Assembly (NCBI GenBank): GCA_016715885.1
Contig: JADJXL010000022.1
Span: forward strand, 139,588-203,587
DNA from: Polyangiaceae bacterium
GTDB lineage: Bacteria > Myxococcota_A > Polyangia > Polyangiales > Polyangiaceae
Length of the DNA stretch: 64,000 nucleotides
Direction: 5' to 3'
Shown here: positions 60,590 through 64,000 of the stretch, piece after piece
How the letters are laid out: every line of letters starts with the position of its first letter
Numbering within the stretch: position 1 is the stretch's first letter
Position numbers and translations under genes: made by a program
Notes under the pieces: generated by a model
Databases searched by the model: none
What the model was told of the DNA's origin: nothing
What the model saw: only the letters and a program-made list of their open reading frames with translations

Positions 60590-61480
60590 TCACTTCCCCT
60601 TCGCCAGCTCGATCTCCATCGTCACCCACGCATCCAAATCCGGCTCTGCTTGAAACAACCGAAGGTCGAACTCGCGACCGTTGATCAAGACAAACGGCGT
60701 GCCCGAAAGCCCCAAGCGCTCCGCGTCCGCCATGTCTCGCTCGATCACCTGCTTCGCCGCTTCGCCCTCCATGTCCGCCTTCACCTGATCCATCTTCAAC
60801 CCAAGGCTTTGGGCGAACTCCAAAATCGTTTGTTCTCCAAGCTTGTCCTGGTTCTCGAAGAGCAGCCGCTCCATCTCCCAGTACTTGCCTTGCCGCTGCG
60901 CCGCATACGCAGCTTTGGCCGCAAACTTCGCCACCGTGTGCCGCGGGATCGGGTAAAACTTGTGCACGAGACGCACGTCCCCAGGGTGAGCTTCGACGAG
61001 CCGCTCCACGATCGGCACGACGTGCTTGCAGTGCGGACATTCGAAGTCCGACCACACGACGATCGTCACTGGCGCGTTTGCCGGCCCCAGCGTCGGCGAA
61101 TCGGCAACGTCCACCTGCTTGGGCTCGCCCCCGAATCGAACTTGATACGCCTTGCGAATCGCTGGCTTGTCGAGCCCCGCCTTCACCCGCTCAGCCACGA
61201 AGTTCGCGGCCGACGTGCACGCCTTGCAGGCCCGTTTCTCCTGCAAGCACACGTCGAGCGTCACGGCCTCCGATGCACACGGCGCGAGCATCTCGTCGAC
61301 GATGCGCTCGAACGTCGCCCGCTCGCGCGTCGACAAGTCGCTCACGTCCACCGCGCTCTTGCTCTTCTGCGGCGGAGTGCTCGCCCCACATCCGCTTGCG
61401 ACCACGCTCGAAAGGATTGCTGCTGCGATTGTCCGGAACGTCACGGCGCGTATCCTACACGCCGCCGTGGGCATGTGCAT
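60590..61480 (-). CDS. DsbA-family thiol:disulfide oxidoreductase lipoprotein with an extra Cys-rich N-terminal segment.
   Basis: The lipobox is VASGCGAS. The thioredoxin-fold active site is WSDFECPHCKH. The C-terminal motif is GLSGTPFVLINGREF. Confidence 0.75.
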   Translation of the reverse strand: MHMPTAACRIRAVTFRTIAAAILSSVVASGCGASTPPQKSKSAVDVSDLSTRERATFERIVDEMLAPCASEAVTLDVCLQEKRACKACTSAANFVAERVKAGLDKPAIRKAYQVRFGGEPKQVDVADSPTLGPANAPVTIVVWSDFECPHCKHVVPIVERLVEAHPGDVRLVHKFYPIPRHTVAKFAAKAAYAAQRQGKYWEMERLLFENQDKLGEQTILEFAQSLGLKMDQVKADMEGEAAKQVIERDMADAERLGLSGTPFVLINGREFDLRLFQAEPDLDAWVTMEIELAKGK

Positions 61481-61525
61481 GGCCCCTCGACGCTCGGCCC
61501 CGGTTGATGGTATTCAGGCAACCTC

Positions 61526-63025
61526 GTGCTCGACCAACCGTCCACGTCCGCTGCTGCCACCGATGCCCCGGCGCCCAAGCCCAAGAGTGCGCCCGCGGCG
61601 GATGCCGGCAAAAAGCGCGTGCGGTGTCATACGTGCCTCGAAGTCGTCACGCCCGAAGGGGAACTGTGTCCCGGATGCGCGGAACCCCTGATCGCCACGC
61701 GGAGTTTTTTCTTCCGCCCCGGTGTTTCGGGGGGCAAACCGCCCACGTGGCTCGCGCTTCACTGGCGGCCGCTCGTCATCGCGCTCGTGATGGCCGTCGT
61801 GTTCGGGACGGGGATTGCCCTGCGAAACCTTGCACCCACGCCGTTTTCCATCCCGAAAGCCGCGTCGCGCGCGTCGCTGCCAGCAGGTCCCTCGAAAGCT
61901 TGCTCGTCGCCGTGCTGGAACGGTGAAGCCTGCCAGCTCGGGCAGTGCATCTGGCAAAAGCCGAACGACGTAGCGCACCTTGGAGCGCAGCCGATCGTCG
62001 CAGGCCCGTTCAACCTGCCGAAAGACGTCTCGGACGCGCTGCCGCTCGATGCAGACAGGTTTGCCCTGGCGCTGCTCACGGGCATGCAAGTGCTCGACGC
62101 GCGCACGGGCGCGGCCATCACGCTCGTCAGCGATGCGCCGCAACTTCGCGCGCTCTACCGCGTCGGCGAACATGTTTACGGCACGTCGCCGCAACGCATC
62201 TACGTCATCGATCCAGCATCGACGGGCCTCTTGAAGACCATCGATCTCGGCGCTTTGGTCGGCCAAGTGTCTGTCGGGGCAAACGGGCGCAGGGCGCTCG
62301 TGTCGCTTCCGAGCGTGCATGCCGTGGCGATTTTGGCGACCGAGTATCACGCGGAGATCGATCGCATCCACTTCGGTGACGATGCCGTAGGTCCGATGGG
62401 TGTCGACGACACGGGCACGCGAGCGCTCACGGCGACCGGGCAGATTCCGCTGCTTGGCCTGCGTGATCCTGCGGGAGGCGTCGTGTATGCGTTCGATCCG
62501 AGTCGTCTCGCATCGCAGCAAGATCGCGTGCGCACGTCGATGCTCGGCAACCCCGTCAGCGTGCTCATGACGCCCGATGGATCGTGGAGTTACGTTGCGC
62601 TGCGCGCCGAAAACGCGATCGTTCCGCTCGAGTGGTTGCCATCGGGAGCGGTTCGTCGGAGCGAACGGATCGAGACATGCCGCGAGCCCGAGCAGATCGA
62701 GCTGCTTCGACATGGCCGCAGGGCGCTCGTCCGGTGTCACGAAGGTCGAGCCGTCGAAGTGTTCGATCTGCGCAAGAACACGCTCATTCGTCGCGTTGCG
62801 TTCAATGGTCGCGCGACGGATCTCGTCGTTTCGCCCGATGGTGAACAAGCGCTCGTGACGCTCACGAACGACGGTTCAGGGGGCCTCGCGCTCATGGACT
62901 TGAGGTCGTACGCGGTCACGGTGTTGCCTCTTTCGGCCGAGCCGACGCGCGTGCGTCTCACGCCTGATGGCCGCATGGCGCTCGTGCTTTCCGATCGTGC
63001 GAAGGTGGCGTGGGTGGTTCGATGA
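61526..63025 (+). CDS. Protein with a zinc ribbon, a TM helix and a YVTN-type beta-propeller domain.
   Basis: An N-terminal CxxC..CxxC (RCHTCLEVVTPEGELCPGCAEP) is followed by a TM helix (LVIALVMAVVFGTGIAL) and repeated propeller-blade motifs (SPDGEQALVT, TPDGRMALVLS, TPDGSWSYVA). Confidence 0.55.
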   Translation: MLDQPSTSAAATDAPAPKPKSAPAADAGKKRVRCHTCLEVVTPEGELCPGCAEPLIATRSFFFRPGVSGGKPPTWLALHWRPLVIALVMAVVFGTGIALRNLAPTPFSIPKAASRASLPAGPSKACSSPCWNGEACQLGQCIWQKPNDVAHLGAQPIVAGPFNLPKDVSDALPLDADRFALALLTGMQVLDARTGAAITLVSDAPQLRALYRVGEHVYGTSPQRIYVIDPASTGLLKTIDLGALVGQVSVGANGRRALVSLPSVHAVAILATEYHAEIDRIHFGDDAVGPMGVDDTGTRALTATGQIPLLGLRDPAGGVVYAFDPSRLASQQDRVRTSMLGNPVSVLMTPDGSWSYVALRAENAIVPLEWLPSGAVRRSERIETCREPEQIELLRHGRRALVRCHEGRAVEVFDLRKNTLIRRVAFNGRATDLVVSPDGEQALVTLTNDGSGGLALMDLRSYAVTVLPLSAEPTRVRLTPDGRMALVLSDRAKVAWVVR

Positions 63026-64000
63026 CCCAGCGCCGATTGCCTTGCCCCGTGTGCACCAAGCCGCTCATCGAGGGAGCGCGCAAGTGCCCTCATTGTCGAA
63101 GTTGGCTTGTCGAACGCGTCGAGCCGCGGGCGCCGCGGGCGATTGTCGTGGGAATCGGCGTCGTCGGGACGATCTTCGCGATTGCCGTTGGAGGTCGCAA
63201 ATCACCCGTGGCAGAAGCTCCGCCGCTCACGGCGCTATCGGCCGAAAGTGCCAAGGGTTCTGCGACCGAAGCGCGCCCTGGGTCGTTTGGGCCCGAAATC
63301 GAGCCCGAACCCGAGCCCGAGCCTCCGGATCCCAAAAAGCTTTGGCGAGCCCGAAAAATCGTCATTGGGGACGTTCACCCGCTCGATGTCGTGTTTCATC
63401 CCAAAGGCACGAGCGTGTATGTGAGCGCCGATGATGCGACGCTACGCGAATATCGATTGAAGACGGGCGAGCTCATCCACAAGGCGTCAATGCCGGCGCA
63501 AGGTGACGACATTCGTCTTCTTTTCGATCGGTACGTGGCGGTGCTTCGTCATCAGGAGGCAGCGCGCATTCCGGTCATGGACACGGCCGCGTGGGATCGC
63601 GATCCGGTGCTGCTCGAAGTTGGGCGATCGCCTGGTGAAATCATCGCGATGCCCGATGGTCGCACGGTGCTCGCGGCGACGATGGATGGCAAACGTCTCG
63701 TGCGATTCGACTTGCCGACGGGCGTGCATTTGGCGGACATGACGCTTCCGCATGCGACGGGGCAGCTATTTCTCGTACGCGCCGAGGATCGACCGTACGT
63801 GGCGGCCATGGGTACGCTTTCGCATGGTGGTCGAGCTGCGGGGGCGTGGGTCGATTTGTTCGATCCGAGCGAAGAGCCTTTTGGTGCGACGAGGCGCAGC
63901 ATCTACGTGGGTCGCGAGCCGCGTGCCGGAGCCATTTCGCGCAGCGGTGAAACGCTGTTTTTCCCGGACCGAGTTTCCAATCGGGCGGTGCAGCTCATCG
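63022..64000 (+). CDS. Paralogous protein with a zinc ribbon, TM helix and beta-propeller domain. Its 3' end is outside the window, and it is not in the supplied ORF track because no stop codon lies in the window.
   Basis: The ATG at 63022 overlaps the upstream stop (ATGA). The N-terminus is LPCPVCTKPLIEGARKCPHCRSW, followed by a TM helix (IVVGIGVVGTIFAIAV) and propeller-like motifs (MPDGRTVLAATMDGKRLVRFDL). The frame is open to the window end. Confidence 0.5.
   Translation, partial: MTQRRLPCPVCTKPLIEGARKCPHCRSWLVERVEPRAPRAIVVGIGVVGTIFAIAVGGRKSPVAEAPPLTALSAESAKGSATEARPGSFGPEIEPEPEPEPPDPKKLWRARKIVIGDVHPLDVVFHPKGTSVYVSADDATLREYRLKTGELIHKASMPAQGDDIRLLFDRYVAVLRHQEAARIPVMDTAAWDRDPVLLEVGRSPGEIIAMPDGRTVLAATMDGKRLVRFDLPTGVHLADMTLPHATGQLFLVRAEDRPYVAAMGTLSHGGRAAGAWVDLFDPSEEPFGATRRSIYVGREPRAGAISRSGETLFFPDRVSNRAVQLI

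Overview
This is a high-GC window (about 65-70% by eye), most likely from a myxobacterium (Myxococcota). The evidence is two proteins ending in MYXO-CTERM sorting signals, MJ0042-type zinc-ribbon N-termini on several proteins, many TPR and lipobox proteins, and Arg-rich spurious antisense ORFs. About 40 genes are dense on both strands. I found no rRNA, tRNA, CRISPR array or obvious transposon.

Gene content, in order:
- Two tandem paralogous MYXO-CTERM surface proteins. The second carries an M36 fungalysin-type metalloprotease with a PA domain.
- A MAPEG membrane protein and a HAD lipoprotein.
- Two adjacent giant TPR proteins (about 1640 and 1590 aa) that share a C-terminal non-TPR domain.
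- A parvulin PPIase, then a divergently transcribed protein with the architecture zinc ribbon, Pro-rich motif array, TM helix, TPR. This is reminiscent of GltJ/GltI of the myxobacterial gliding machinery.
- A Dpm1-like GT2 enzyme.
- A five-gene minus-strand operon: a membrane protein with a long charged low-complexity region (read as coiled coil from composition), a MoxR AAA+ ATPase, an exported membrane protein, an ABC ATPase and an ABC-2 permease. It faces a STAND-type P-loop NTPase with HEAT repeats.
- An ACT-malic enzyme, a RelE/ParE-like toxin fused in frame to an antitoxin-like segment, an esterase, and a lipoprotein combining a CxxCH cytochrome c domain with a copper monooxygenase-like domain.
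- A COG3687 metal-dependent hydrolase, a Uma2 endonuclease, an M28 aminopeptidase and a lipoprotein.
- A DUF58, BatA-like vWA, double-vWA cluster that lies 13 kb from the MoxR gene.
- A PHP phosphoesterase, small lipoproteins, UspA, a Gly-rich RRM protein and enolase.
- A translationally coupled orphan TssL/DotU-like plus TssM/IcmF N-domain-like pair with a zinc-ribbon membrane protein, then a DsbA lipoprotein and two coupled zinc-ribbon beta-propeller paralogs.

The most interesting candidates are the GltI/GltJ-like TPR module carrying a novel [F/L]GE[I/L]DLP motif array, the orphan TssL/TssM-N pair, the MoxR-linked ABC export operon, and the heme-c/copper monooxygenase fusion.

All calls come from reading the translations by eye. 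Start codons are approximate unless stated otherwise.
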